A stretch of 32,559 nt of DNA from a bacterium (GTDB lineage Bacteria > Latescibacterota > UBA2968 > UBA8231). How positions within the stretch are numbered: the stretch's first letter is position 1; each line of letters opens with the position of its first letter. Under the pieces are notes generated by a model. The model saw only the letters and a program-made list of their open reading frames with translations, made no database searches and was not told the origin of the DNA. The stretch lies in the NCBI GenBank assembly GCA_027593305.1, contig JAQCJA010000003.1:1-32559 (forward strand). Direction: 5' to 3'. Shown in pieces: positions 8,618 to 18,323 of the stretch. Position numbers and translations under genes: made by a program.

Positions 8618-8660
8618 AAGCCGCCAGTCCCAGCCGGGACTGGCGGCTTCGTTGTTTTCT
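8618..8660 (+). terminator. Intrinsic terminator closing the surface-protein operon
   Basis: 14-bp stem AAGCCGCCAGTCCC / GGGACTGGCGGCTT with 4-nt loop, followed by CGTTGTTTTCT. A smaller hairpin precedes it at 8591-8609. Confidence 0.8.
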
Positions 8661-8744
8661 CGCACGCACATGGTTGCCCACCAATTTCATCCCGGCTATA
8701 TTCGCCTCCCACACAATGGTACTCGCACGAGTGACAAGGGCCTG

Positions 8745-9440
8745 ATGAAGGTGGACGTGCTGTTTTTTGCTGGGGCGCGCGATGCCGTGGGAGCCAAGGC
8801 ACTTGAGGTCACCTTGCCTGAAGGCGCCACGGCCGGATCGCTGCTGGAAAAATTGGCGCGGCAGTACCCGGCCTTTGTCCGGATGGCCTCGTTTGCTCAG
8901 GTTGCCGTCAACGAAGACTATGTACCAAGGACACACCCCCTGAGTATGGGCGACACCGTGGCCGTGATTCCTCCGGTCAGTGGCGGCTCAGGCTCCAGAA
9001 ATTTCCAGGTAGTGGACAGGCCCATTCGTCCGGAGGAATTCCACGAACTCGTGCGCACCGATTCAGACGGAGCTATCGTCACATTCTCGGGCGTGGTTCG
9101 CGACCACACGGGTGGTCGAGAGACTTCTCATCTGCTGTATGAGGCCTACGCGCCCATGGCCGAGAAGAAGATGGCATCGTTAGCTCAGCAGGCCCGTGCC
9201 CGGTGGAGCCTGGGTGACATCGCCATGATGCACCGCGTCGGTCGCCTGGAAATCGGTGAAATTTCGATCCTCGTGAGTGTCGCCAGTCCCCACCGCGGCG
9301 GGGCATTCGAGGCCTGCCAGTTTCTCATCGATCGTCTCAAAGCCGAAGTCCCCGTCTGGAAGAAGGAAGTGGGACCCAGTGGCGACTTCTGGGTGGAGGG
9401 TCCCGGCGATCACACCCCGGCCCAGGTCGGTCCGCAGTGA
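8745..9440 (+). CDS. moaE: Fused molybdopterin synthase MoaD-MoaE (MoaX-type)
   Basis: MKVDVLFFAGAR..AVNEDY..VAVIPPVSGG (MoaD) joined in frame to GAIVTFSGVVR..HRVGRL..SPHR..LKAEVPVWKKE (MoaE). The ATG at 8745 is preferred. Confidence 0.9.
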   Translation: MKVDVLFFAGARDAVGAKALEVTLPEGATAGSLLEKLARQYPAFVRMASFAQVAVNEDYVPRTHPLSMGDTVAVIPPVSGGSGSRNFQVVDRPIRPEEFHELVRTDSDGAIVTFSGVVRDHTGGRETSHLLYEAYAPMAEKKMASLAQQARARWSLGDIAMMHRVGRLEIGEISILVSVASPHRGGAFEACQFLIDRLKAEVPVWKKEVGPSGDFWVEGPGDHTPAQVGPQ

Positions 9441-9904
9441 TCACGAATTTCAGTTGGGTCCTGCCCGGCCAGCTTGCCGGCTTCGGCCTGCCCGAGCAGG
9501 CTACCGTCACGGACCTGCAGGCGCTTCGTGACCAGGGGATCGGTGCCCTGGTTTCCCTGACTGAATTACCCATGGATACCGAGCTGACTTCACAGGTCGG
9601 CCTTCGGTATCGGCACCTGCCTGTTCCGGACATGCAAGCGCCCTCTCTCGACGAAATCAGGTGCTTCACGGAATTTGTCACCGAGGCTCGAGCGGCGGGC
9701 ATCGCAACGGCAACACATTGTCGCGCAGGTCTTGGACGAACTGGCACCATGCTGGCGTGTTATCTGGTGCATGAAGGCCACACCTGGGACCATGCGCTTG
9801 CCACTGTAAGGGTCAACCGCCCGGGCTCTATCGAGACGACAGCGCAGGAAAAGGTAGTATTCGACTACGCCCGGATGCTGCATGCGAACGGGGAGGGGGC
9901 CTGA
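9437..9904 (+). CDS. Dual-specificity/protein-tyrosine phosphatase family protein
   Basis: CX5R loop HCRAGLGRTG, general-acid loop VPDMQAP and C-terminal RPGSIET..Q. GTGA overlap with the upstream stop. Confidence 0.88.
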   Translation: MITNFSWVLPGQLAGFGLPEQATVTDLQALRDQGIGALVSLTELPMDTELTSQVGLRYRHLPVPDMQAPSLDEIRCFTEFVTEARAAGIATATHCRAGLGRTGTMLACYLVHEGHTWDHALATVRVNRPGSIETTAQEKVVFDYARMLHANGEGA

Positions 9905-9958
9905 TGACGAAGGGAAGCGAACCCAAGACTCCACATGATCGGGAGGGGAGGTCAAAAA

Positions 9959-10150
9959 ATGGATGCTCCGTATCCTAGTTGCCTCAAGTGTCAGCAGGGG
10001 GTGCTCGTGCCCCTGTCAGACTACGGCCGGGACGGCGCCGCAATTCACTACAAGGCCTGGGTTTGTACCAGCCCGGATTGCGGCTACAATATCCGCATTG
10101 ACAATGGTGAACTCAGTATTGGCAAGGAGTTAAGGGAGTCGTACAAATAA
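9959..10150 (+). CDS. Small zinc-ribbon-like hypothetical protein (63 aa)
   Basis: Strong RBS GGAGG (9947-9951) before the ATG at 9959; CLKC...CTSPDC cysteine pattern. Confidence 0.75.
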   Translation: MDAPYPSCLKCQQGVLVPLSDYGRDGAAIHYKAWVCTSPDCGYNIRIDNGELSIGKELRESYK

Positions 10151-10181
10151 GGGGACAAGATCCTGGCGCACCGAGGATCCA

Positions 10182-11114
10182 ATGCAGCGGCTGCTGACGC
10201 GAGACTGGGGCGTCAAACTGGGGGCCGTCCTGCTGTCGACAGCCTTGTGGTTCCACGCCGTCACGGAGCGGACGTATCGCAGGAACCTGCAGGTCCCCCT
10301 CATCGTCGAGGAGTCCTCAGAAAACGTGGGCGACGCGCCCCTGATGATCTCGAGCCCCCTCCCACCAACCGTGAGGGTGGCCGTGTCCGGACGCGGCAAG
10401 GACCTTCTACGTGCAGCCGATGATGACTTCCTCCTGCACGTCCAGCTGCCAACAGGGCGCCCGGGCAAGCGACTCAATCTTCGACTGGACGTCACCCAGG
10501 TTGAGACCCAGGTGGAGTCCAATCTTGCAGTCGACGCCGTGCTCCAACCGACAGATCTCAGTGTGATGCTCGATCACAGGGAGGACCGCCGCGTTCCCAT
10601 CCGGCCCCGAATCGGTTTGCGTCTGGCCGAGTCGTACACCCAGGTCGGTACGTCGCAACTGGACGCCGACTCCGTCGACATTACGGGTCCGCGAGGCCAC
10701 ATCCGACAAATCGACGTGATCTACACCGACAGCCTTTTTCGCCAGGATGTGCGAGCCGATGTTGATCTGGAACTTGCCCTGAACATCCCCCAAGGGAGGC
10801 TGATTGAGCTTCGCCCGGATCACGTTCACGTGCATGTCGACATCCAGGAGTTGGCCGAATACGAGGTGCTCAACGTCCCTGTTGCGGTTGTCAACGCCCC
10901 CCCGGGCGCTGTGGCCGAGCCATCACGCGTCTCGGTTCGGGTTCGCGGCGGAGCCGATCTCATCGGCAACCTCGATCCGGAAAGCGACATCGGTTTGACC
11001 GTGCTTTATGAACTGGCTCGATCCGCTGAAGGTGGTCCGATCGAGGGGAGTACAGGGCAACTGTACGAGATTCGCCGGATTACGCCTGAACGCGCCACCG
11101 TCGTCTTGCGCTGA
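10182..11114 (+). CDS. YbbR/CdaR-like domain protein
   Basis: N-terminal DWGVKLGAVLLSTALW TM anchor; repeated P..V.V.V.G / VDITGP YbbR-type units. Confidence 0.8.
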   Translation: MQRLLTRDWGVKLGAVLLSTALWFHAVTERTYRRNLQVPLIVEESSENVGDAPLMISSPLPPTVRVAVSGRGKDLLRAADDDFLLHVQLPTGRPGKRLNLRLDVTQVETQVESNLAVDAVLQPTDLSVMLDHREDRRVPIRPRIGLRLAESYTQVGTSQLDADSVDITGPRGHIRQIDVIYTDSLFRQDVRADVDLELALNIPQGRLIELRPDHVHVHVDIQELAEYEVLNVPVAVVNAPPGAVAEPSRVSVRVRGGADLIGNLDPESDIGLTVLYELARSAEGGPIEGSTGQLYEIRRITPERATVVLR

Positions 11115-11115
11115 T

Positions 11116-12153
11116 TTGGTTGTCCTCGGACTCGAGACGTCCTGCGACGAGACTTCGGCGGCTGTCATCACTGCCGATGGCAAACTGCAGTCGAACGTCG
11201 TGCTGTCACAGCACGACCATGCTCGCTACGGCGGCGTCGTCCCCGAACTGGCGTCCCGAGCCCATATCCGAACCGTCGGGCCCGTCGTTGAGCAGGCTTT
11301 GCAGGAGGCCGGCTGTTCTCTGGATCAACTCGACGCAATTGCCGTTACGCACGGTCCGGGCCTGGTCGGCTCCCTGCTCGTCGGGGTGAACATCGCCAAG
11401 GGGCTGGCCTACAGCCGCGATCTGGCTCTCATCGGGGTGCACCACCTCGAGGGACATCTGTACTCGGCCGGAATCGAGCGTCCCCTGCCACCCCCATTCG
11501 TCGCGCTTCTGGTCTCCGGCGGACACACCGAACTGATCCACGTCCGAGACCATGGCTCCTATGAGCACCTTGGCCGGACACTGGACGATGCGGCGGGTGA
11601 GGCCTTCGACAAGGTCGCCCGGCTGCTCGATCTTCTGCCTCCCGACCAATTGGTCGCCGGGGGCCGGGCCGTCAGCGACGCTGCCGAGGCGGGAGATCCC
11701 CAGGCGGTGAAATTCCCCAGGCCCCTGCCCGAAAAGAAGGGGCTCGATTTCAGCTTCAGCGGACTGAAAACTGCCGTCCGCACAGAACTGATACGTCTGG
11801 GTGGCCCCGGCTCCGAGGGGGTGAAGGCACGCACGGCAGATATGGCCGCCAGTTTCCAGCAGGCTGTCATCGATGTTCTTGTCCGACGCGCGTGTGATGC
11901 GGTGGAGAGCACCGGCATCGAGCGACTTTCGCTTGTTGGCGGTGTCGCGGCAAATCGTCTGCTGCGCGAGAGCTTGTGCCACGCGATGGACAAGATCGGG
12001 GTAGAGTTCTTTACACCCAGTTCCATCCTCTGCACTGACAATGCAGCGATGATCGCGGCTGCAGGTCGCCATCGCCTGCTGACAGGGGAACGCAGCGGCT
12101 GGGATCTCGACGCCCATCCCCGCCTGGCGCTGCCAGGCCTGCAGCATGAGTGA
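11116..12153 (+). CDS. tsaD: tRNA N6-adenosine threonylcarbamoyltransferase TsaD
   Basis: LGLETSCDET, GGVVPELASRAH, GPGLVGSL, HHLEGH, VSGGHT, DDAAGEAFDK, FSFSGLKT, CTDNAAMIA. Probable start is the TTG at 11116. Confidence 0.97.
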   Translation: MVVLGLETSCDETSAAVITADGKLQSNVVLSQHDHARYGGVVPELASRAHIRTVGPVVEQALQEAGCSLDQLDAIAVTHGPGLVGSLLVGVNIAKGLAYSRDLALIGVHHLEGHLYSAGIERPLPPPFVALLVSGGHTELIHVRDHGSYEHLGRTLDDAAGEAFDKVARLLDLLPPDQLVAGGRAVSDAAEAGDPQAVKFPRPLPEKKGLDFSFSGLKTAVRTELIRLGGPGSEGVKARTADMAASFQQAVIDVLVRRACDAVESTGIERLSLVGGVAANRLLRESLCHAMDKIGVEFFTPSSILCTDNAAMIAAAGRHRLLTGERSGWDLDAHPRLALPGLQHE

Positions 12154-14275
12154 TCTTCTCGACGCCGCTCTCCGCCTCGACGCCGTCTGGCCATGGTTGC
12201 TGCCTCTGCCGCCGATGGTATTGTTTGCCAACCTTGTGTATCGGTGGACACGCCCCCCCGTGGCCCAGTCTCGGGTTGTCCTGCTCTGGTTACTCCGAGC
12301 CGCAACTTTCGCAATTGTCGTGCTGCTTCTGGCAGAGCCCGTTCTATCCTATCTCGCCCGGCGGGCACTGCGACCCGGAGTTGTGACGCTCGTTGACGCG
12401 AGCCCATCAATGGATGTCGAAGAGAGGGGTGTAACGCGCCTTGATCGAATCCGGAGATCCATGGCGGATGGACTCGCAGAGGCTCTTGTCGGGCCGGTAA
12501 GAGCGTTCTCTGCATCCGTGCAGGATATCGATCCGGATACCCTTGATCGACTCCACTCTTCTGGCAAAGCCACGGATCTGGCCGCCGCGCTGGCGTCCGT
12601 CCTTGACGAGGCCGCCGACCCACGACTGTTGAGCGCCATCGTCCTGATCACAGACGGCAGGCACAATCTGGGCCCAGACCCGGTCCGCCTCGCCAGCGAG
12701 CACGGAACGCCCATCCATGTTCTCGGCGTGACCTCAGAGACGAGCCCCGATGATGTGCAGGTTCTGGGTCTCGAAATCGACGACCAACCCTTTGCCGGGA
12801 AGCCGATACGACTCCTGGCGCGTCTGCGGAGTTGGGGCTTTCAAGACAGCACGGTGACTTTGCGGCTGGAAGAAGGCGAGCAAATTCTCAGTCAAGTCGA
12901 GATCCCACTCGCTGTCGACGGGCAGGTGCAGCCTGTGGCATTGTCGACGCCCCCCATGAGTCCCGGTCCTCACCTTCTCCAATTGTATGTTGTGCCCAGG
13001 GCCGGGGAACTGACGCCGCACAACAACCAGTCTCTGTTGGCCCTTAATGTCAGGCAGAGCCGGCTTCGCATCCTGCTGCTTGCGGATCGACCGAACCCCG
13101 AATCAGGCTTCGTCCGGCGGACATTAATGGCTGATTCGACGCTGCAGGTTGACGCGTTCATCGGCCGCGGCGAGGCCGCCTACTACGGTGGCGCCCCGAT
13201 ACCGACTGCTTTCGGAGGGTACGACGCCGTCGTTGTGTTGTCCCCCGAGGGGCCGCTCGACACGCTGCCTGAAGCCTTGCAGGCCTACCTGACCGATGGG
13301 GGAGGCACCCTGATTCAGACGCTGGCCAGCGACACAGGCGCGTCCTCCGAGACGTGGTCCGATATTCTGCCCACTGTGACAGAGACAGGTACTGCGGACG
13401 TGCACGATCAGGCGCCCCTTCACCTTGTACCCGAAACGCGCAATCACCCGATTCATCGTGGTATGACGAGAAACGTCTCCGAGGATCCCTGGCAACGATT
13501 GCCGCCGTTGCAGGCACGAACACCCCGAGTTCGGGTGAAGCCAACCGCAAAGGTCCTGTTGGCAGCAGCCGACGGTGCTCCCGTTGTGGTGGCTGGTGCC
13601 TACGGTACGGGCCGCGTCGTACATGTCACAGGAACAGGATTCTGGCGTCAAAGCCTGTTCGGTGAGGGGGCGGGCGGCGACGCCAGGACCGTCCCCGCGT
13701 TCTGGCGGAGTGCCGTCCACTGGCTGGCTTTGGCCGAGTCCGGAGGACGCGTGCAGGCCTCTGCCGAGCAACCGGTATACCGATCCGGACAACCGGCTGC
13801 AGTTACGGCGCAGGTATTCGATGAACTGCAGGAGCCACTCACAGACGCTGAAGTCGAACTCTCCCTCTCTCCGGGGGGCCGTTCCATCATCCTGGAGCCA
13901 ACGGTCCCGGGCCACTACCGGACTGAACTTCCAGATCTCGCTGCTGGCACCTACACCTTCCTGGTCCGGGCCCGGATCGGCATGGAGAGCATTGGTCAGA
14001 CGGAGGGCTCATTCGTCATTGAAGACCATACGATTGAGTCCGACGATCTGCGATCCGATCCCGAGATGCTTGCTGCGATTGCCCGCGCCAGCGGCGGCAC
14101 CTATCGAGGGATCGAGGCCTGGCCGGATCTGGTCCAGACCATCCGCCCAACGCCGATTCTCGTACGCGAGCAGCAGGACATCGGGGTGAAGATTCACCAC
14201 ATGGGTTGGCTCTTGCTGCTGACAGGGCTGTTGACGACGGAGTGGATTCTGCGCAAGCGCTCGGGTATGCTGTGA
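12146..14275 (+). CDS. Membrane-anchored vWA-domain protein with Ig-like and GATase-like regions
   Basis: N-terminal TM pair (LLRAATFAIVVLLLAEP), MIDAS DASPSM..TDL..ITDG, and C-terminal TM EWILRKRSGML. Confidence 0.8.
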   Translation: MSDLLDAALRLDAVWPWLLPLPPMVLFANLVYRWTRPPVAQSRVVLLWLLRAATFAIVVLLLAEPVLSYLARRALRPGVVTLVDASPSMDVEERGVTRLDRIRRSMADGLAEALVGPVRAFSASVQDIDPDTLDRLHSSGKATDLAAALASVLDEAADPRLLSAIVLITDGRHNLGPDPVRLASEHGTPIHVLGVTSETSPDDVQVLGLEIDDQPFAGKPIRLLARLRSWGFQDSTVTLRLEEGEQILSQVEIPLAVDGQVQPVALSTPPMSPGPHLLQLYVVPRAGELTPHNNQSLLALNVRQSRLRILLLADRPNPESGFVRRTLMADSTLQVDAFIGRGEAAYYGGAPIPTAFGGYDAVVVLSPEGPLDTLPEALQAYLTDGGGTLIQTLASDTGASSETWSDILPTVTETGTADVHDQAPLHLVPETRNHPIHRGMTRNVSEDPWQRLPPLQARTPRVRVKPTAKVLLAAADGAPVVVAGAYGTGRVVHVTGTGFWRQSLFGEGAGGDARTVPAFWRSAVHWLALAESGGRVQASAEQPVYRSGQPAAVTAQVFDELQEPLTDAEVELSLSPGGRSIILEPTVPGHYRTELPDLAAGTYTFLVRARIGMESIGQTEGSFVIEDHTIESDDLRSDPEMLAAIARASGGTYRGIEAWPDLVQTIRPTPILVREQQDIGVKIHHMGWLLLLTGLLTTEWILRKRSGML

Positions 14276-15117
14276 GAGCTGCTCCGCCGATGTTCTTCCT
14301 GGCTCTCTATATCGCAAGCCCAGGGGCCCTGTGCGGGCAGGCCCGGCTCTCGGAAGTCATGACCGATCCGTTGGGAAGCGAGCCCCACGACGAGTTTGTC
14401 GAGATCTACAACGCCAGCCAGACAGACACGATCGACCTGGCTGGCTGGTCTCTGGGCAATGGCGATGAGATCGACAGAATCATCGCCCTCCGGAACGGCA
14501 CGAGGCTGCAACCAGGAGGGTTCGCCCTGGTGCTGGATGGCAGCTATGCGGGCGCCTCGACGACGTATGATTCGGTGCGAGAGTCCGTCACAATCGTTAC
14601 TATTGAGGACCGCGCATTTGGCAGATCAGGGTGGTCCAATTCGGCACACGAACAAGTGATTCTCGTGGATGCCGCCGGTGATACGGCCGACATGTTTTCC
14701 TACGACCCCGTTGCCAGTCGCGCCGGCCATTCGTGGGAGCGCCGAACCGACTCGCGATGGCAGTTGTCGTTGTGGGTAGGTGGCACACCGGGGCAGCAGA
14801 ACAGTGTCGATCAGGCACCCGCGGAGACGGGCCGTATCGTTATGGACCGGTCGCCCGATCCATTTGTTGAGAGCCTGCAGATTGTCTGTCACCTGCCCTT
14901 TGCACCGGCTCTGCTGTCGGTGACGGTTTACGACACCGAGGGCAACCTTGTACTGCGTTTGCGCGACTGGGAGCCAGCCGTCTTCGAGCAGACCATCCGC
15001 TGGGACGGTCGAACAGCATCGGGGCAATTTTGTCCCCCAGGTTTGTACATTCTGTTGGCCAGGGCCAGTGCTGAGGGACGGACCGTTCACGAAAAAGTAA
15101 CCGTCTCCCGGCAGTGA
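14272..15117 (+). CDS. Lamin-tail-domain protein with FlgD-Ig-like C-terminal domain
   Basis: LSEVMTDP..DEFVEIYN..IDLAGWSL..SWER..GTPG (LTD), then SPDPF..VYDTEG..WDGR..PGLYI. A GTG at 14272 overlaps the upstream TGA. Confidence 0.8.
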   Translation: MRAAPPMFFLALYIASPGALCGQARLSEVMTDPLGSEPHDEFVEIYNASQTDTIDLAGWSLGNGDEIDRIIALRNGTRLQPGGFALVLDGSYAGASTTYDSVRESVTIVTIEDRAFGRSGWSNSAHEQVILVDAAGDTADMFSYDPVASRAGHSWERRTDSRWQLSLWVGGTPGQQNSVDQAPAETGRIVMDRSPDPFVESLQIVCHLPFAPALLSVTVYDTEGNLVLRLRDWEPAVFEQTIRWDGRTASGQFCPPGLYILLARASAEGRTVHEKVTVSRQ

Positions 15118-15246
15118 CAGTTCGTTTTTGAGGTACAACTGGCGATCCCCGTCGCTACACGGTGGCCCTCCCCGGCTGCCGCCACGTTCCCCGACGTCCC
15201 CTACCGAACGCATCGGGCGCCCTTTGAGCGCCGATGATCACAGGAT

Positions 15247-17658
15247 ATGTCCGAACTCGCACAGCGCTTCGTCGCAGGACGCAAGGGATCACAAGTCTCA
15301 GGTGTCCTGCTAACCGCCCTTGGGACCTTTCTGCTTGTCAGTCTCGTCTCATACTCACATTTCGATCCACCCAATTCCAGCCAGTTTCACAGTGGTACGA
15401 TCAACTGGGCGGGCAAGATTGGGGCGCACGTGTCGTACGGTCTGTTCGCAGCCGTCGGCCTCAGCGCCTACACACTGCCTGTGATCGCTCTCCTGTGGGG
15501 ATGGAATCGTCTCCGCCGCCGTGAAGTTCGCGCCGACGCCATGCGGACCGCCGGGTTGCTCGGCATCGCTACGTTCTCCTCCATTGCATCCGGACTGCCC
15601 ACCTGGTCGTCCTATACGGCTTTTGAACTGGGTGGCTGGCTGGGGACGTGGACAACGAACGTCTTCCTGGTTCCTTACACCGGCCGTGTCGGTTCCACGA
15701 TCCTGCTCTCAGCCCTGCTGTTGGCCTCCCTTCTGCTCGTCACCGACCTCGACCCACGTCGACTGCTGACGTTGCTCGCTGCTGCTGGCACACATGTCCA
15801 TGCCGCAGCAACCCGGGCGTTCGCCTCGATCCGGATCATCTCGGCCAGACTCGCCTCCGTCGGACGACGGGATGATCCAGAAGACTCTGAGCCCGAGGAG
15901 GATGACGACGACGACGAGGGGGAGGATGACGAGGAGGGCTTTGAAGGGCAGGATTCAGTCGCCGATGACGAAGAGCGACGGGAAACACGAACGCCACCAA
16001 AGCGTCTGCCAACCATCAGGAAGGACGAAATCCAGGTGCGGCGGCCCCCTGTTGCCGACGCTGTCCCTGTGAGGCCCACTCCCCCGGCTCCATCGCCCAC
16101 AGAGGACCAGGACCTGGCAAAGGAGTCAGACACGAGTGCCGGATCGGGCAAACTGCGCAAGAAAGGCGGACGCTACAAAGTTCCCGTCGTGAGCCTGCTT
16201 GATCCTGTTCCGAATGACCGGGGCGAGCCGGACCGGGAGTCGCTGCTGGCCAATGCGCGAATCCTTGAGGAAGCCATGGCGAACTTTGACGTGATGGGGA
16301 AAGTCGTCGAGATCAGCCCGGGCCCCGTCGTGACTCGTTACGAGGTTGAGCCGGCACCAGGGGTCAAGGTGGGACGAATCTCCGCCCTGGCTGATGACCT
16401 GGCTCGCGTCATGAGTGCCCAGGGCATACGCATCCAGGCCCCGGTCCCGGGAAAGTCCGTGGTTGGTGTTGAGATCGCCAATCATCATCGTGAAACGGTG
16501 TATCTGCGCGAAATCATCGATTCTCCAGCCTTCAAGAACTCTGAGTCTCTCATCACCATGGCGCTGGGCAAGACGATTGCCGGCGAAGACTTCGTCACAG
16601 ACATGGCGAAGATGCCGCACTTGCTCGTGGCAGGCGCCACGGGTGCTGGCAAGAGTGTGTGCATCAACGGCCTGATCTGCAGCATCCTGCTGCGCGCCAC
16701 GCCGGATCAGGTGCGGTTGCTCATGATCGATCCGAAGGTCGTGGAGTTGACGATGTACAACGGCATTCCGCATCTGCTTGTGCCCGTCATCACGGAGCCA
16801 AAAAAGGCATCGGAGGCACTCAAGTGGGCGGTGGCCGAGATGGAGGTCCGCTATCGGTCCCTGGCGCGAATGCATGTGCGCAACCTGGCCGACTACAACG
16901 CCAAAGTTGAGAAAGCGCTGGCCGAGCGCGCCGCCGCCGGTGATGCTGGCGCCGAGACTGAGGAGGCCGCCGCGGGTGAGGAACTGCGGAAATTGCCATT
17001 CATTGTCATCATCATCGACGAGTTCGCCGATCTGATGCTCACGGCACCAGCTGATGTCGAGACCTCTCTCATGGGGCTCGCGCAGAAGTCGCGCGCCGTT
17101 GGCATTCACATCATCCTGGCAACGCAACGCCCCTCGGTGAACGTGATCACGGGTGTGATCAAGGCGAACTTTCCGTCACGCATCGCTTTTCAGGTGGCCT
17201 CCAAGATCGACTCGCGGACAATTCTTGATATGAACGGCGCCGAACGCCTGCTCGGGCGTGGTGATATGTTGTTTCTGCCCAGTGGTCAAGGTGAGCCCAT
17301 CCGCATCCACGGCGCCTACATTTCCGGCGAGGAGACCGAACGACTCGTGGAGAAGATCAAAGAGAGTGGCTACGAGGTGGAGGAGGTCAAGGTCTTTGCC
17401 CCACGAGGTGACGCTTCCGGGGGGAACAGTGATCGGGACGAGTTGTTCGAGGATGCTGTCGCCATCGTTCTCGATACGCAACAGGCAAGCACCTCTTTCC
17501 TGCAGCGAAGAATGAAAGTGGGCTACTCGAGGGCCGCGCGTCTGATGGATGAACTGGAATCGGAGGGCATCGTCGGCCCCGCCGAGGGTGCCAAGCCACG
17601 GGAGATCCTCGTGGAGTCGGGGCCCAGCGCCTACGCGAAGGAGGATGATCTCAATTGA
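15247..17658 (+). CDS. ftsK: DNA translocase FtsK
   Basis: 4TM N-terminus, acidic/Pro-rich linker, GPVVTRYE, MPHLLVAGATGAGKS, IDEFADLM, LATQRPSV, and gamma domain LQRRMKVGYSRAARLMD. Confidence 0.97.
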   Translation: MSELAQRFVAGRKGSQVSGVLLTALGTFLLVSLVSYSHFDPPNSSQFHSGTINWAGKIGAHVSYGLFAAVGLSAYTLPVIALLWGWNRLRRREVRADAMRTAGLLGIATFSSIASGLPTWSSYTAFELGGWLGTWTTNVFLVPYTGRVGSTILLSALLLASLLLVTDLDPRRLLTLLAAAGTHVHAAATRAFASIRIISARLASVGRRDDPEDSEPEEDDDDDEGEDDEEGFEGQDSVADDEERRETRTPPKRLPTIRKDEIQVRRPPVADAVPVRPTPPAPSPTEDQDLAKESDTSAGSGKLRKKGGRYKVPVVSLLDPVPNDRGEPDRESLLANARILEEAMANFDVMGKVVEISPGPVVTRYEVEPAPGVKVGRISALADDLARVMSAQGIRIQAPVPGKSVVGVEIANHHRETVYLREIIDSPAFKNSESLITMALGKTIAGEDFVTDMAKMPHLLVAGATGAGKSVCINGLICSILLRATPDQVRLLMIDPKVVELTMYNGIPHLLVPVITEPKKASEALKWAVAEMEVRYRSLARMHVRNLADYNAKVEKALAERAAAGDAGAETEEAAAGEELRKLPFIVIIIDEFADLMLTAPADVETSLMGLAQKSRAVGIHIILATQRPSVNVITGVIKANFPSRIAFQVASKIDSRTILDMNGAERLLGRGDMLFLPSGQGEPIRIHGAYISGEETERLVEKIKESGYEVEEVKVFAPRGDASGGNSDRDELFEDAVAIVLDTQQASTSFLQRRMKVGYSRAARLMDELESEGIVGPAEGAKPREILVESGPSAYAKEDDLN

Positions 17659-18323
17659 GACGGACCGCAGCGATCGGCCGATGCCTTGTTTTGTCTTGCC
17701 TGCTGTTGCCAATGGTGGCCCACGCCATCACCGGCGGAGAGGTTATCGAGCGAATGCAGGAGCGTTTCGCCGACGCCAAGTCCTACGAGGCCAGGTTCGA
17801 GAAGCAGTTCTACTGGGCCGTCCTGGATAAGAGCATGTCCCGCGAAGGCCATATCTATACGCGACGCCCGGGGCAGTTTCGCGTGGAGGTCGACGATGGA
17901 GACCTGGTCGTGGCCGATGGTACGACCATCTGGGCCTATAACAAGGCGAACGACCAGGTCATCGTGTCGCACTACGAAGGCGAACTGCGGACGCCCTGGG
18001 AGATCCTCGTGCAGTACACCGACGGATATCGACCTGTGTCGGTCAAAGAGACAAAGATCGATGGCCAGCAGGCATATGAGTTGACCCTGCAGCCCCGCGA
18101 TGACGTGCCGGCCCATCTCCGGTTGCAGCGCATGCGTGTCTGGGTTGAGCGCAAGGACTGGTATCTGCTGCGCGTCGAGCAAGTCGAGGCCAATGATGAT
18201 GTTCGCACCTACATCCTCAAGGATCACCGCAAGGACAAGAAGCTGAAGGACGAACTCTTCACCTTTCTTGCGCCAGAAGGCGCACAGGTCGTCGATCAAC
18301 GCGTCACTCCCGGCGGACCGTGA
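17655..18323 (+). CDS. lolA: Outer-membrane lipoprotein carrier LolA
   Basis: Signal peptide, ARFEKQ..G..RPGQFR..VADG.TIW.Y..QV, FTF.APEG; directly follows ftsK with a TTGA overlap. Confidence 0.88.
   Translation: MRRTAAIGRCLVLSCLLLPMVAHAITGGEVIERMQERFADAKSYEARFEKQFYWAVLDKSMSREGHIYTRRPGQFRVEVDDGDLVVADGTTIWAYNKANDQVIVSHYEGELRTPWEILVQYTDGYRPVSVKETKIDGQQAYELTLQPRDDVPAHLRLQRMRVWVERKDWYLLRVEQVEANDDVRTYILKDHRKDKKLKDELFTFLAPEGAQVVDQRVTPGGP

Noticed and set aside
15146-15202. C-tracts upstream of ftsK (possible minus-strand G-quadruplex; ACGT(T)CCCC twice)
   Set aside because: Loops are long and uneven, and such tracts are expected by chance at this GC content.
15871-15975. GAC/GAG-rich low-complexity repeat
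   Set aside because: It encodes the acidic disordered FtsK linker, which is ordinary.
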